Source: a virus
Lineage: Duplodnaviria > Caudoviricetes
Direction: 5' to 3' (one strand)
DNA: 39,417 bases
Virus record (IMG/VR): IMGVR_UViG_3300038312_000324
Location: 1 to 39,417 of that record
The position numbers and the translations under genes were made by a program. Of the stretch, positions 19,254 to 28,027 are shown one piece after another. The notes under the pieces are model-generated. The model was not told the DNA's origin. It saw nothing but the letters and a program-made list of their open reading frames with translations, and did no database searches. Positions within the stretch are counted from its first letter, which is position 1. The number at the start of each line of letters is the position of its first letter.

Positions 19254-21043
19254 TTCAGACCTGCCATAATTATATCAAATTCTCTCATGATCTCAACAAA
19301 ATCATCATCATCCCATAGGGTTTTGAATAGAGACGAAGCTCGCTCGTTATTAAGTTGAGTTAGCAAGGTTTTATCACCAGATTTAGATGCTATATACTGT
19401 GAATAACTTCTTGCGAATAATTCTTTCGGGTTTAACAAGTATTTAATATATTTTCTTATTTCATTACTGGCAGAAGCTCTACTAAATTCTTTATGTAGCG
19501 CAACTACACTTTTAGATTTGTTTATAGTATCAAACCAATTATCAAGGATAGGATTTCTAAGCGAAGTAGCAAAATCGCCGCCAACTCCGGAAAATGCTTT
19601 CAGGTCAATGTAATGCCCATATTCATGCAGAATCGCGAGTTCTGGGTTCTTATGTGTTATGTTGATATGTATTCCAACCACTTTCCCAGATATCCCATGA
19701 TATCTAAACTCCCCATCTGATTTTATTCGATTATTTTTAACCAATGGAATAGACGGTAAAGTACCTCGACCATGAACATTTATCATTGCATCTTCTGCTA
19801 ATTTCGCGGCAGCTACTAAATCATGATCTACTTGAAAAACTGCTCCCGTAGACAAAACTTGTTTTGAATTGATAACTACACTATCGGCCTTTACCCTCCT
19901 AAACCCCGCAACTGCCATCCGATCCTTCGCGACCGGCAAACCAAACCTATTACTGAGTTCAACATATTTATCTTTCAGTTGATTAATCCGCAATTGCTCT
20001 GCCCTTCGTGTCAGATCATCCCCCGCTGCCTTCGCAATATTTGCGCGATCCTTATGCTTTCTAATTTGCGTCTCAAGTTTTCGCTGCAATTGAGTGGCTT
20101 CATAAGCAGTATATTCCCTGCCATCAAACTCGCGCGCCTCTGTTGATGTTGCTGCAATTTTCTGCAATTCTTCCTCAGTATAAAGTGGTGTTGAAGCTCT
20201 CAGATCCACCGCATAAACCGTATGACGGCAATTCCAGGTCTCGAACTTCCTTGGCAACGCTTCTTGTATTTCCTCAAATTCTGCTTTTGTAAACCGCCTT
20301 CCCTGAAACGGCAAATGATCCGGTGCGCACCAATTATGCGCGTCAATCTCCCATCCATCCGCACCAAACTTTTCACCATTACGGGCTGTTATCTCAGTCG
20401 TAATCGCCTTCACACCATCCAGAACATTTTGCCTCATTGCGCTGTCCAACCGGCGACTATATCCGCTTTCATAGTCCAGCACCCTAATCCCACTGTCAGC
20501 AGTCTGTTTTAGCGCATTTCTAAACGCACCACTCCAGGACTCATTTCCTGTTGCGATATCCGCAACGGCCTGGTCAATAAGATTATGATAATGTCGCTTG
20601 AACCCAACGAATGTAGTGCGGCTACCTGGATCCAACAATCTGAACCCGATCGCAGTCGTATTACTGAGATTCGCAAAGGATCCTTTTGTTGTCGCTGCCA
20701 CACTCTGAATAAAGTTCACTAAGGCCCGCTCCTGCTCAATCGGCGGCTGCTTCAAGCCTTGGGCTAAAAATGACTCTGCATAAGACCGGTAAGCAATTTT
20801 AGCAACCCTCGCATAAACCTCTTCGATAGAAGCAGTAGCAATATCTATTTCTTTTTGAATTTCGCGCAACAACTTATCCGCATCGCTGCTGAATCGACTT
20901 TGCGACTCAAATTTATCGAATTTCCCGCCTTTGCGTAGCAACCTGACCTTTTCCCCTATCGCGCGTAAAACCGTGGAATTTAGAGTCCTGATATTCATAA
21001 CGGCGAACCCCGCTAATTCGTCCAAATCCCGCAAAGTAAACAT
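19238..21043 (-). CDS. Phage minor capsid (MuF-related) protein with a C-terminal zinc-metallopeptidase-like extension
   Basis: H..CAPDH..FQG...WNCRH and QRKLETQIRK.K minor-capsid motifs. The last ~215 aa contain HEYGH and E-LFAR. Confidence 0.8.
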   Translation of the reverse strand: MFTLRDLDELAGFAVMNIRTLNSTVLRAIGEKVRLLRKGGKFDKFESQSRFSSDADKLLREIQKEIDIATASIEEVYARVAKIAYRSYAESFLAQGLKQPPIEQERALVNFIQSVAATTKGSFANLSNTTAIGFRLLDPGSRTTFVGFKRHYHNLIDQAVADIATGNESWSGAFRNALKQTADSGIRVLDYESGYSRRLDSAMRQNVLDGVKAITTEITARNGEKFGADGWEIDAHNWCAPDHLPFQGRRFTKAEFEEIQEALPRKFETWNCRHTVYAVDLRASTPLYTEEELQKIAATSTEAREFDGREYTAYEATQLQRKLETQIRKHKDRANIAKAAGDDLTRRAEQLRINQLKDKYVELSNRFGLPVAKDRMAVAGFRRVKADSVVINSKQVLSTGAVFQVDHDLVAAAKLAEDAMINVHGRGTLPSIPLVKNNRIKSDGEFRYHGISGKVVGIHINITHKNPELAILHEYGHYIDLKAFSGVGGDFATSLRNPILDNWFDTINKSKSVVALHKEFSRASASNEIRKYIKYLLNPKELFARSYSQYIASKSGDKTLLTQLNNERASSLFKTLWDDDDFVEIMREFDIIMAGLKWIKK

Positions 21044-21048
21044 GTCTT

Positions 21049-22497
21049 TTACTCAGTATCACCAAGCAGATCACCCAGACCTGGAGTCTCTTTTTTTATT
21101 TTCTCGATCGCTTCTATCGCCTCTTCCTCAGATTCAGCCATAAAACGTTCGCGGTATTCCTGTTTGGATCGCAAACCTAGTGCAACTTCTTCTTGCCACA
21201 CCTTACGTTCAGTATATTCATCAACGATATAAGAATCATCAGCAAGGACTTTCACTTCCGCATCCGGTTTGATACCAGGGATATGAAGCACATTACTGCC
21301 AACCCATAAAACGGCTTGGATCAGTTGTTTTAGCCCGCTCTCAACGCCAATCATCTCCTTGGAAACATTACGCACTAGGGCCTGTTTGGATCCAGTGTAT
21401 TCAGTAGCGGTTTTCACCATGCCATCTTCATCAAGTTTGTAAAAACCCTTTCCCAATCCAGTCTTGAAGCTAAAAATATCCAACATCCGTTGCACACCAT
21501 CAGCATTTTCTTCTACCCGGAGTTGAGGGTTATATTCTTCAAGAAAAGTCTTGCCATCGCCGATTTTGTCACCAACATTAATAAAAAGTTGGGTCCCCAT
21601 CATCTGCGGGGCTACAAAATTCCCTTCACTGTCCCGGTTAAACATTGTGCTATTCATAAGCACCATCTTCCGACCAAGCACAAAATCTGTAATGAAGTTA
21701 TCAAAAGCCGTATCAAGCCCCTTCAAAACATCCTCATTACCATCCAGGATACTTACGCCAAATGGCCCGTTTGGATCATGCCGGTTGTAACCAGATTTAC
21801 GGATTATTGCGAACCAAGGAATATCGCTTCCAGTCCTCACTGTCACTGGCTCACCTTTTGGCTTTCCTTCATCATCCAGGACCATACTGGTTACTGAATA
21901 AAGGTTATTCTCAAGCAAGTGCATGGTTACTGTTTGAAAACGATCACCATCTTCTATCTTTTCAGAAACAAAAGCGACCTCTTTGATTATGCCATTCCGG
22001 TGACTAATCGGAACAATCTGATCAGCAGATAAAAAGTTAATGCCAATATCATCGCCACTCAGTAAAGAAAGTGTTTCGGCATGGATTGTCATATTCTCAA
22101 TGTAAACTTCAAAGGCTGCAGTTCCAGACCAACGGGATTGAACAACAAGTTCATTCGCATTCCGACGAAAGTCATTTTCTCCCAAAACACCGCCGTAACC
22201 ATCATAGCCTTGCAACCAGGCTTCACTAACATCATCATCAAGCTCAAATTTAGTAAGTTCGTTAAGCAACAATGACGCCCAATCCTCACACGCTCGCTTG
22301 AACATATCCGTTCGATGGCGTTTCATCCTGGCGGTTTTCCTTTCTACAACATCAACGGTCATACTGTATTCATAAAAATCTTTTACATTTCCATGAAGCC
22401 AATCCCGCCATTCACCAATTTTGTTATACATCGGGCTAATGACCACATCCCGGCCAGTAAATTTCTTAATTGCATCAACAACATGTTCAAGGTTCAT
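21049..22497 (-). CDS. Portal protein (A118/SPP1 type)
   Basis: 482 aa after the terminase, with PFGVSI.D and KTATE motifs. Confidence 0.85.
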   Translation of the reverse strand: MNLEHVVDAIKKFTGRDVVISPMYNKIGEWRDWLHGNVKDFYEYSMTVDVVERKTARMKRHRTDMFKRACEDWASLLLNELTKFELDDDVSEAWLQGYDGYGGVLGENDFRRNANELVVQSRWSGTAAFEVYIENMTIHAETLSLLSGDDIGINFLSADQIVPISHRNGIIKEVAFVSEKIEDGDRFQTVTMHLLENNLYSVTSMVLDDEGKPKGEPVTVRTGSDIPWFAIIRKSGYNRHDPNGPFGVSILDGNEDVLKGLDTAFDNFITDFVLGRKMVLMNSTMFNRDSEGNFVAPQMMGTQLFINVGDKIGDGKTFLEEYNPQLRVEENADGVQRMLDIFSFKTGLGKGFYKLDEDGMVKTATEYTGSKQALVRNVSKEMIGVESGLKQLIQAVLWVGSNVLHIPGIKPDAEVKVLADDSYIVDEYTERKVWQEEVALGLRSKQEYRERFMAESEEEAIEAIEKIKKETPGLGDLLGDTE

Positions 22498-22499
22498 AT

Positions 22500-23771
22500 T
22501 TACCTCACTCCAATTTCATCAATAAAATTCATCCAGGAATATTCCCAGGCATCCGCTATATCAGCTACATCAGGATTCACATCCAAGCGTGTATCAGTCT
22601 GTTTCTTTTCGTCCCACACCTGGTTACTGAGACTGTGGATCAACATCGAACACCGGCGGTGGATCTTGATAATCCCAAGATTCAACATCTTCTCTTGTGC
22701 ATAAATACGTGTATTTATTTCTTCTTTAATGGCGGTCACTGCTACCACTGGCAGTTTTTCTTTTCTGATCCGCTTGTTGATACCATTTGTGATTGTCTCT
22801 GGATGGTCACAAAATGCGTAAGTCAATCGCACGCCAGGGTAAAGCCTCATAACATCCCGCACGAAATCGACAAAAGCATCCTCTATTGCCGCAGGATCGA
22901 CGCCTTTACTATCAAGCTTCCGCTCCGCAAGGGCGTAAACCTGACTGGCACTTCTCGTTAGTCCAGTTGCAATAAAAACGGTGTGACTTGTATTCTCACC
23001 ATAATCCACACCAAAAGTAATAAACTTCAAAGCGTTCTTTTCTTCTTCAGTAAGTTCACCAATGATCCAATTATGAGGATTATCAGCAAATTGGCCAAAG
23101 ATAAGCCCTTCTGCTCTAACCCACTGGCCAAGAATGTAACGACGATAAAAAATCCCGCTATAAAGCCTTTCCGCGCGTGCGATCATCTCGGGAGTCATAA
23201 TCGGATTGTCCCGCATCGTGAAATGCAAATGCTTGACATCTGGCCGGTCAACAGCAATATATGTCTGATGGATGTAGTGTTCTGGATTTTCTGGATTACA
23301 GTTGAAGTATATCTTTGCATTATCAGTCGCCAGTGTTCTGGCAATCGCTTGATCAACAAAAGACTGTGGCTGCAAGGCTACTTCGTCAAACATCGCGCCA
23401 CTGGCTGTAAGCCCTTGAACCAGGCTGTATGATGACTCATCCTTGCCGCCGAACACGTAAAAATAATTCTCACGCCCGCCATTTCCCTTTACCAAAAGTT
23501 GACGATCAGACCGGCGATAGTCCATAGAATAAGGCAAGTTTTCAATCGTCATAAGTGGCATAATCACATTTCTCTCAGCAGAAGAAATTGTTTTGCCAGC
23601 AATAATAAACGTGGCTTTATCGAATGTCTCCATCGCCCAGGCAAGGAAACTAATACTCACCGCAACAGTTTTCCCGCTTCGAACCGCGCCATCCGCAATA
23701 AGAATCGCACGGTCATCAAGCCCGAAAGCCATGACATCCATCTGTTTTGAGCTAAACTTCTGGATGAGCAT
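22500..23771 (-). CDS. terL: Terminase large subunit (PBSX family)
   Basis: Walker A GAVRSGKT, Walker B AMFDE, CNPE and GVDYG nuclease motif. Confidence 0.92.
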   Translation of the reverse strand: MLIQKFSSKQMDVMAFGLDDRAILIADGAVRSGKTVAVSISFLAWAMETFDKATFIIAGKTISSAERNVIMPLMTIENLPYSMDYRRSDRQLLVKGNGGRENYFYVFGGKDESSYSLVQGLTASGAMFDEVALQPQSFVDQAIARTLATDNAKIYFNCNPENPEHYIHQTYIAVDRPDVKHLHFTMRDNPIMTPEMIARAERLYSGIFYRRYILGQWVRAEGLIFGQFADNPHNWIIGELTEEEKNALKFITFGVDYGENTSHTVFIATGLTRSASQVYALAERKLDSKGVDPAAIEDAFVDFVRDVMRLYPGVRLTYAFCDHPETITNGINKRIRKEKLPVVAVTAIKEEINTRIYAQEKMLNLGIIKIHRRCSMLIHSLSNQVWDEKKQTDTRLDVNPDVADIADAWEYSWMNFIDEIGVR

Positions 23772-24168
23772 TCTTCCAATCCTTCAGCGCGTCCATAAAC
23801 TCATCATGACGTTGTTTGCTATTGTCATCTGATGCAGCATTGACATTTACTGAGTAAAGTCCAACCAGGGCAGCACGTTCTTTTATGATGTTCAATGCGT
23901 TTTTATAATCCTGAGTAGCAACCGAACGCGCGTACAAATCATCCAACCGTGATAAAGCCCGTCCCAATTCAAACTTGAGATTGACTTTTGCAACTTTCTC
24001 AAACCCTTCACGTGCAACCGCGATATAGCGGTCAATTGTTCGATTGCTAACGCCCCACCCTTCATCATTCGCATACTTAAGAATCTTTTCCCGCGACACA
24101 CCTTGCAGAATCATTGACGCAACGGCATTGATGCGTATGTTCATGGTGGCCTTGGTAGGATTAGCCAT
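23752..24168 (-). CDS. Terminase small subunit (HTH)
   Basis: HTH-like WGVSNRTIDRYI, directly upstream of terL. Confidence 0.65.
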   Translation of the reverse strand: MANPTKATMNIRINAVASMILQGVSREKILKYANDEGWGVSNRTIDRYIAVAREGFEKVAKVNLKFELGRALSRLDDLYARSVATQDYKNALNIIKERAALVGLYSVNVNAASDDNSKQRHDEFMDALKDWKNAHPEV

Positions 24169-24812
24169 TAGAACAGTTCCTCCATCCAGGCGCGATGAAA
24201 CTCATACAGTTCTTGATCATTACAAATAATATAGTTTTCAAGTCTGGGATTGGCCGTAAAATTCGCACTGCCTTCGAACACCAGGTGCGCATCTTTGGAC
24301 CTCAGTAAAGCAACCTTCGTGTGGTTCTCGAATGCTATAAACCTCTGATTGTGCTTAGTGAGTCCAGTTACTAATTGCGCATACACCGGCGATTCACGGC
24401 GTTTGAAGTAAGTTCCAGCAAGAATAGTTGCATTCTTAATCGTCCCATTGTCCAATGCACTCAGTAAATCCTGCACATTGTATTTACTCATGGTCCAAGT
24501 GGATCCGTAAAAGTCAAACACCGGAGCGGTTTTGGTTGCAGCCGCCATAATCACATTGAAAAAATCATATTTGGCATTGCTAATAACATGGATCGTTTCG
24601 CCAGGTGCAGGTAATTCTATATTGTTGAGCAAGTCAGCGGCTAATTCCAACTTGGTAATATGCCGCATCATCCGGCGGCCTTCACCTCGTTTGAACACCC
24701 GCCCCTCTGGCATGAACGAAGATTCCAATTGTGTCTCAGAATCCAACATCTTAAATAAAAACGAGTCATCAATGACTGGATCTTCCAAGTTAAAGATATC
24801 AATATCGGTCAT
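24168..24812 (-). CDS. Phospholipase D-like (HKD-fold) domain protein
   Basis: NHTKV...GSANFT.N...E matches the HxK...GSxN signature of PLD-fold nucleases. Confidence 0.6.
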   Translation of the reverse strand: MTDIDIFNLEDPVIDDSFLFKMLDSETQLESSFMPEGRVFKRGEGRRMMRHITKLELAADLLNNIELPAPGETIHVISNAKYDFFNVIMAAATKTAPVFDFYGSTWTMSKYNVQDLLSALDNGTIKNATILAGTYFKRRESPVYAQLVTGLTKHNQRFIAFENHTKVALLRSKDAHLVFEGSANFTANPRLENYIICNDQELYEFHRAWMEELF

Positions 24813-25287
24813 AATGGCTCACTCCCATTTGGGATTCAAGTTCATCAATGCGCTTCTTGGCATCATTCAAAGCTTTCTTCAAACTCTCCACATCTTTATC
24901 ACGTGCAGTAAGAGCCCGTCTCACGCTCTCAAGTTCAGATTTTAGTTTTACGTTTTCTTCTATGTAAGCCGCCATCTCGTTTGTTTTACTCAGTAAAGTA
25001 TCCTGAAGACTATCTATCTTCCCTTCAAGATGCCCAATTTTTTCATCTTGTTTGGCAATTCGCTTGGAATACTCCTCAAGATTGTTTGCGGCGGTTTCAT
25101 GTAATATGCTTACAGTCCCCGCGAGTGACGAATAAACTTCCGCTTGGGCTTTGAGTTTTTGGTTCTCGGCTTCCGTGCATGTTTTATCCGCGTCTGCTTC
25201 TACCTTCCGGCGGTTTGCAATGGCCGTGATAATAGCGACCAAAGCACCGCCACCTACAAAGGATCCTAAAACTTCAAGCCAGGTCAT
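24799..25287 (-). CDS. Membrane-anchored coiled-coil protein (possibly lysis-associated)
   Basis: N-terminal hydrophobic GGGALVAIITAIA followed by a long coiled coil. Adjacent to the holin-like gene. Confidence 0.6.
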   Translation of the reverse strand: MTWLEVLGSFVGGGALVAIITAIANRRKVEADADKTCTEAENQKLKAQAEVYSSLAGTVSILHETAANNLEEYSKRIAKQDEKIGHLEGKIDSLQDTLLSKTNEMAAYIEENVKLKSELESVRRALTARDKDVESLKKALNDAKKRIDELESQMGVSHYDRY

Positions 25288-25294
25288 ATTGAAC

Positions 25295-25540
25295 CTACTG
25301 ATTCAATGGTTCTATATTGCGTTTTTCGGCAGCGTCCTCAATCGCAATTCCAAGAACAACCATAATGATGATCGGTTGCCAGGCAGCAATAAGCCAAATG
25401 ATCCTCTCCGCAAGGTCTGGGCTCAGTAACCAGGTAATAAGATATGTTGCGGTTGACACAACCACATCAACAATGGCAAGCCAAAACTTCCTGCTCCTGA
25501 TCAACTTTCCGAACGCGCTCAATTCATTCCATTTCTTCAT
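25295..25540 (-). CDS. Holin-like protein (2 TM)
   Basis: SRKFWLA motif and two hydrophobic helices. ATG at 25540 follows GGAGG; the longer ORF start lies inside the leader hairpin. Confidence 0.7.
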   Translation of the reverse strand: MKKWNELSAFGKLIRSRKFWLAIVDVVVSTATYLITWLLSPDLAERIIWLIAAWQPIIIMVVLGIAIEDAAEKRNIEPLNQ

Positions 25541-25551
25541 ATCATCCTCCG

Positions 25552-25651
25552 AGTTAAAACAAAAAACCCAAGACATCTGACACTATTTCAAGTGTATGTC
25601 CTGGGTGGAAAAAACCAGTATTCGCTATTTGGTTATATGGATATTATAGCA
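25552..25651 (-). promoter_or_regulatory. Late promoter, structured leader and terminator/attenuator, copy 2
   Basis: TGcTATAAT (25651-25643), AACCAAATAG, a hairpin at 25605-25567 with a UGAAAU loop, then TTTTTTGTTTTAACT. Confidence 0.75.
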
Positions 25652-25664
25652 TGATTAATGCAAA

Positions 25665-26084
25665 TTAAAAAGGGACTGGGAAAAGCGTAAGATACTCATC
25701 ACGGTTAATATCATCTTCAAACTTCTCAAGACAATTTAGTAACGAAGTTAAACATTCCTTATCAAGCTTTCCTTTAATAAAAATTTTCTTCTGATCTCGA
25801 TATTGAAGATACCTATGGAAACTTAACCTATGAAGGTCTGGTAATATCAAATATGAAGGCAAAGTAAAGCCATACTCTAAATGATTAGGAACATTAAAAC
25901 AACGTTCACGGATATTACACCCGAAACCAGGCAATCCAAATCTCTCACCATTGCTAGTAGCTTTTATAGAAAGAGCTGGTAACCTTAAGCCAGGGCTCGT
26001 TAAAGCAACAAACCAAGTATCATGAAGTGTTCCATCTGGTAAAAAATAATCAGGACAATAATAAACCGTTCCAGGATATAGCAT
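25665..26084 (-). CDS. Putative toxin, PemK/MazF-like, partner of the Panacea antitoxin
   Basis: G-x-V N-terminus, ATS, SY and a C-terminal KGKL...L..CL layout resembling the PemK fold. Lies 11 bp behind the Panacea gene. Confidence 0.5.
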   Translation of the reverse strand: MLYPGTVYYCPDYFLPDGTLHDTWFVALTSPGLRLPALSIKATSNGERFGLPGFGCNIRERCFNVPNHLEYGFTLPSYLILPDLHRLSFHRYLQYRDQKKIFIKGKLDKECLTSLLNCLEKFEDDINRDEYLTLFPVPF

Positions 26085-26095
26085 AATCAGATGTA

Positions 26096-26665
26096 TTATG
26101 CCTCGATTTGAAACAACTTACCAACTTCAATAAAATCCTGGAGTCTATTTATCGCTTCTTCCTCACTAATAAGTGCTTCGTTATCTAAAGCATATAAATA
26201 GTTAATCTCAGCTTTATTACCTTTTTCTGCCACAGTTCTTTCCCAAGGTGTTCCCATTTGGTGAGATTCACGAGTTAATTCCCCCGCACTTTTGTTACAG
26301 CACTCATTTGCTATCTCTTGCATTACTCTCAACTCTCTTGGAGTGAAAATAAAATCATTGAATTCGTGCCCATCGCGAACATTAATTTTATAAAAATCAT
26401 AGTCTGGTGTTTTTCTAAATGCAACAGAAAAAGTATCACTAATGTCCTGAGCACGGTCATCAACTATGTCTTCCCAAAGATCTTTTGCAACAGGACCCCT
26501 CTCCCATGCATAATACTTGAGTCCAATAGGCGGAGTGCCAGTTTGATTAAATATTTGAAATTCAAATTTATTCAGCAATTTCATCAACTTAGTTAAACCA
26601 CAGTTGTTCGTGTTCTGAACAAAGTAGATAATTGCATTTATTAGTTTCTCTCTCCTGCGGTTCAT
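26096..26665 (-). CDS. Panacea (SocA/DUF4065) antitoxin
   Basis: TKLMKLL...Y.AWERGPV...SA.EL...SH....PW signature. Confidence 0.85.
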   Translation of the reverse strand: MNRRREKLINAIIYFVQNTNNCGLTKLMKLLNKFEFQIFNQTGTPPIGLKYYAWERGPVAKDLWEDIVDDRAQDISDTFSVAFRKTPDYDFYKINVRDGHEFNDFIFTPRELRVMQEIANECCNKSAGELTRESHQMGTPWERTVAEKGNKAEINYLYALDNEALISEEEAINRLQDFIEVGKLFQIEA

Positions 26666-26752
26666 ACTAATGCTCCTAACGCTTGGAACTTAATTATATC
26701 GCATTGTTCCATTTAGACACATACCAACTTTCCACATTCTAATTAACGCCCT

Positions 26753-26992
26753 TCACCGATTTTGAGGCGTGTCGCCAAAGAATTGTTTACGATTTTTCAA
26801 CACTCTCTTAATCAATCGCTCTAGCCGAATATTCGGAACAACCCAAAAGAAATCCCTACCACACTGTTTGCAGTTTGATTTTAGTTCACGAACAATCAAC
26901 CCACCGCAATCCAAAAACATAACCCCATCTATGTCGTAAGAATAACCAATAAGATTGTCACATGTCGGGCATTTTATTTCTTCACTACTCAT
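26753..26992 (-). CDS. Com-like zinc-ribbon protein with a basic C-terminus (last early gene)
   Basis: EIKCPTC...CKQCG followed by RLERLIKRVLKNRK. Confidence 0.6.
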   Translation of the reverse strand: MSSEEIKCPTCDNLIGYSYDIDGVMFLDCGGLIVRELKSNCKQCGRDFFWVVPNIRLERLIKRVLKNRKQFFGDTPQNR

Positions 26993-27843
26993 TTACCCAT
27001 CTCCTTTATAGCCTCAGTATTAGAAAGTCCATGAAGCCTTGCGTATAAATTTATTGCGTCCAATGGCGCGCTTGTGCATCCTGAAAAACATCCACATAAC
27101 TGTTTTGCAGTATCCACCCAAAAGCTTGGGCTATTGTCATCGTGAAAAGGACACCGCGTAAGCCCCCAATGGGAGCCAGAATCTATAATGACATCTTGAA
27201 GCATGTTTTCAATTCTGTAATTTCTTTTGATCAGTTCCAGATCCACAAAGGCATTATCTGTATCCATATTGAGAATATCGGCTGCTGAAAGCTGATCAAT
27301 GGTTTTTCTCTGTGGTTTTTCAGGTTCTGATGTAATCATCATCCAAGACGGCAGGATCTCACTGAGGTCACTGATAATCGGGAAATCTGTCCCACCGTAC
27401 TCAGTATAGACAAAGCCACTCGGGTGTATGGAGCCCGGTATAGTCACAAGGCCGCCAAATCCTTTAATGTCAATACCTGGGTAATGAAGGTTTCGCGGTT
27501 TTGAAGCTGATCTTGTGTATACATGCACGCCCCTGGCTGTACGGACTTTATAAGCACTGTTGGCAATAAATCTAGTTTTCGGCGTCATATTAGTCCACAT
27601 CAACCACTCAGTAAACATACTTGCATCATCAAAATCAATAACCATAAGGTTATTGGCGCCGCACACAATCGCACCATTTGAAGGAATAGAAAACCAACGA
27701 CGTAACTCGTTTTCAGTAGGCCGTTGGGTCTGGTATTTTCCCCACCTAAATTTTGGTGTTTTGGTGTGGATGAATTGTGGGATGACAGAGAAACCATGAT
27801 TGAAGAACCACAAAACAGTATCTATTTGCACGCCTTTTGTCAT
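26989..27843 (-). CDS. Bifunctional primase-polymerase (Prim-Pol) with a C-terminal CHC2 zinc finger
   Basis: N.AI..G..L.VIDFD, T.RG.H.Y and IDIKG.GG.V..PGS.H. C-terminal CPFHDDNSPSF...CFSGC. Confidence 0.85.
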   Translation of the reverse strand: MTKGVQIDTVLWFFNHGFSVIPQFIHTKTPKFRWGKYQTQRPTENELRRWFSIPSNGAIVCGANNLMVIDFDDASMFTEWLMWTNMTPKTRFIANSAYKVRTARGVHVYTRSASKPRNLHYPGIDIKGFGGLVTIPGSIHPSGFVYTEYGGTDFPIISDLSEILPSWMMITSEPEKPQRKTIDQLSAADILNMDTDNAFVDLELIKRNYRIENMLQDVIIDSGSHWGLTRCPFHDDNSPSFWVDTAKQLCGCFSGCTSAPLDAINLYARLHGLSNTEAIKEMGK

Positions 27844-27860
27844 TTTTTATCCTTTTGCCT

Positions 27861-27989
27861 CTGCATGGTTTGCATGGTTAAAACGACCATTTCCTATAAG
27901 TTTATATTTACTTAATAATAAATAAATAATTCTCTCGCGCGTACAGAAAGTTAAAGGAAAATGCCTTTCAAACCATGCAAACCATGCAG
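27861..27989. other. Putative replication origin
   Basis: Perfect 19-bp inverted repeat (CTGCATGGTTTGCATGGTT / AACCATGCAAACCATGCAG), each arm holding two TGCATGGTT units. It flanks an AT-rich spacer between the helicase and primase genes. Confidence 0.65.
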
Positions 27990-28027
27990 TTTTTGATGTT
28001 TTCTTATCGATTATCGATAAATTTGGC

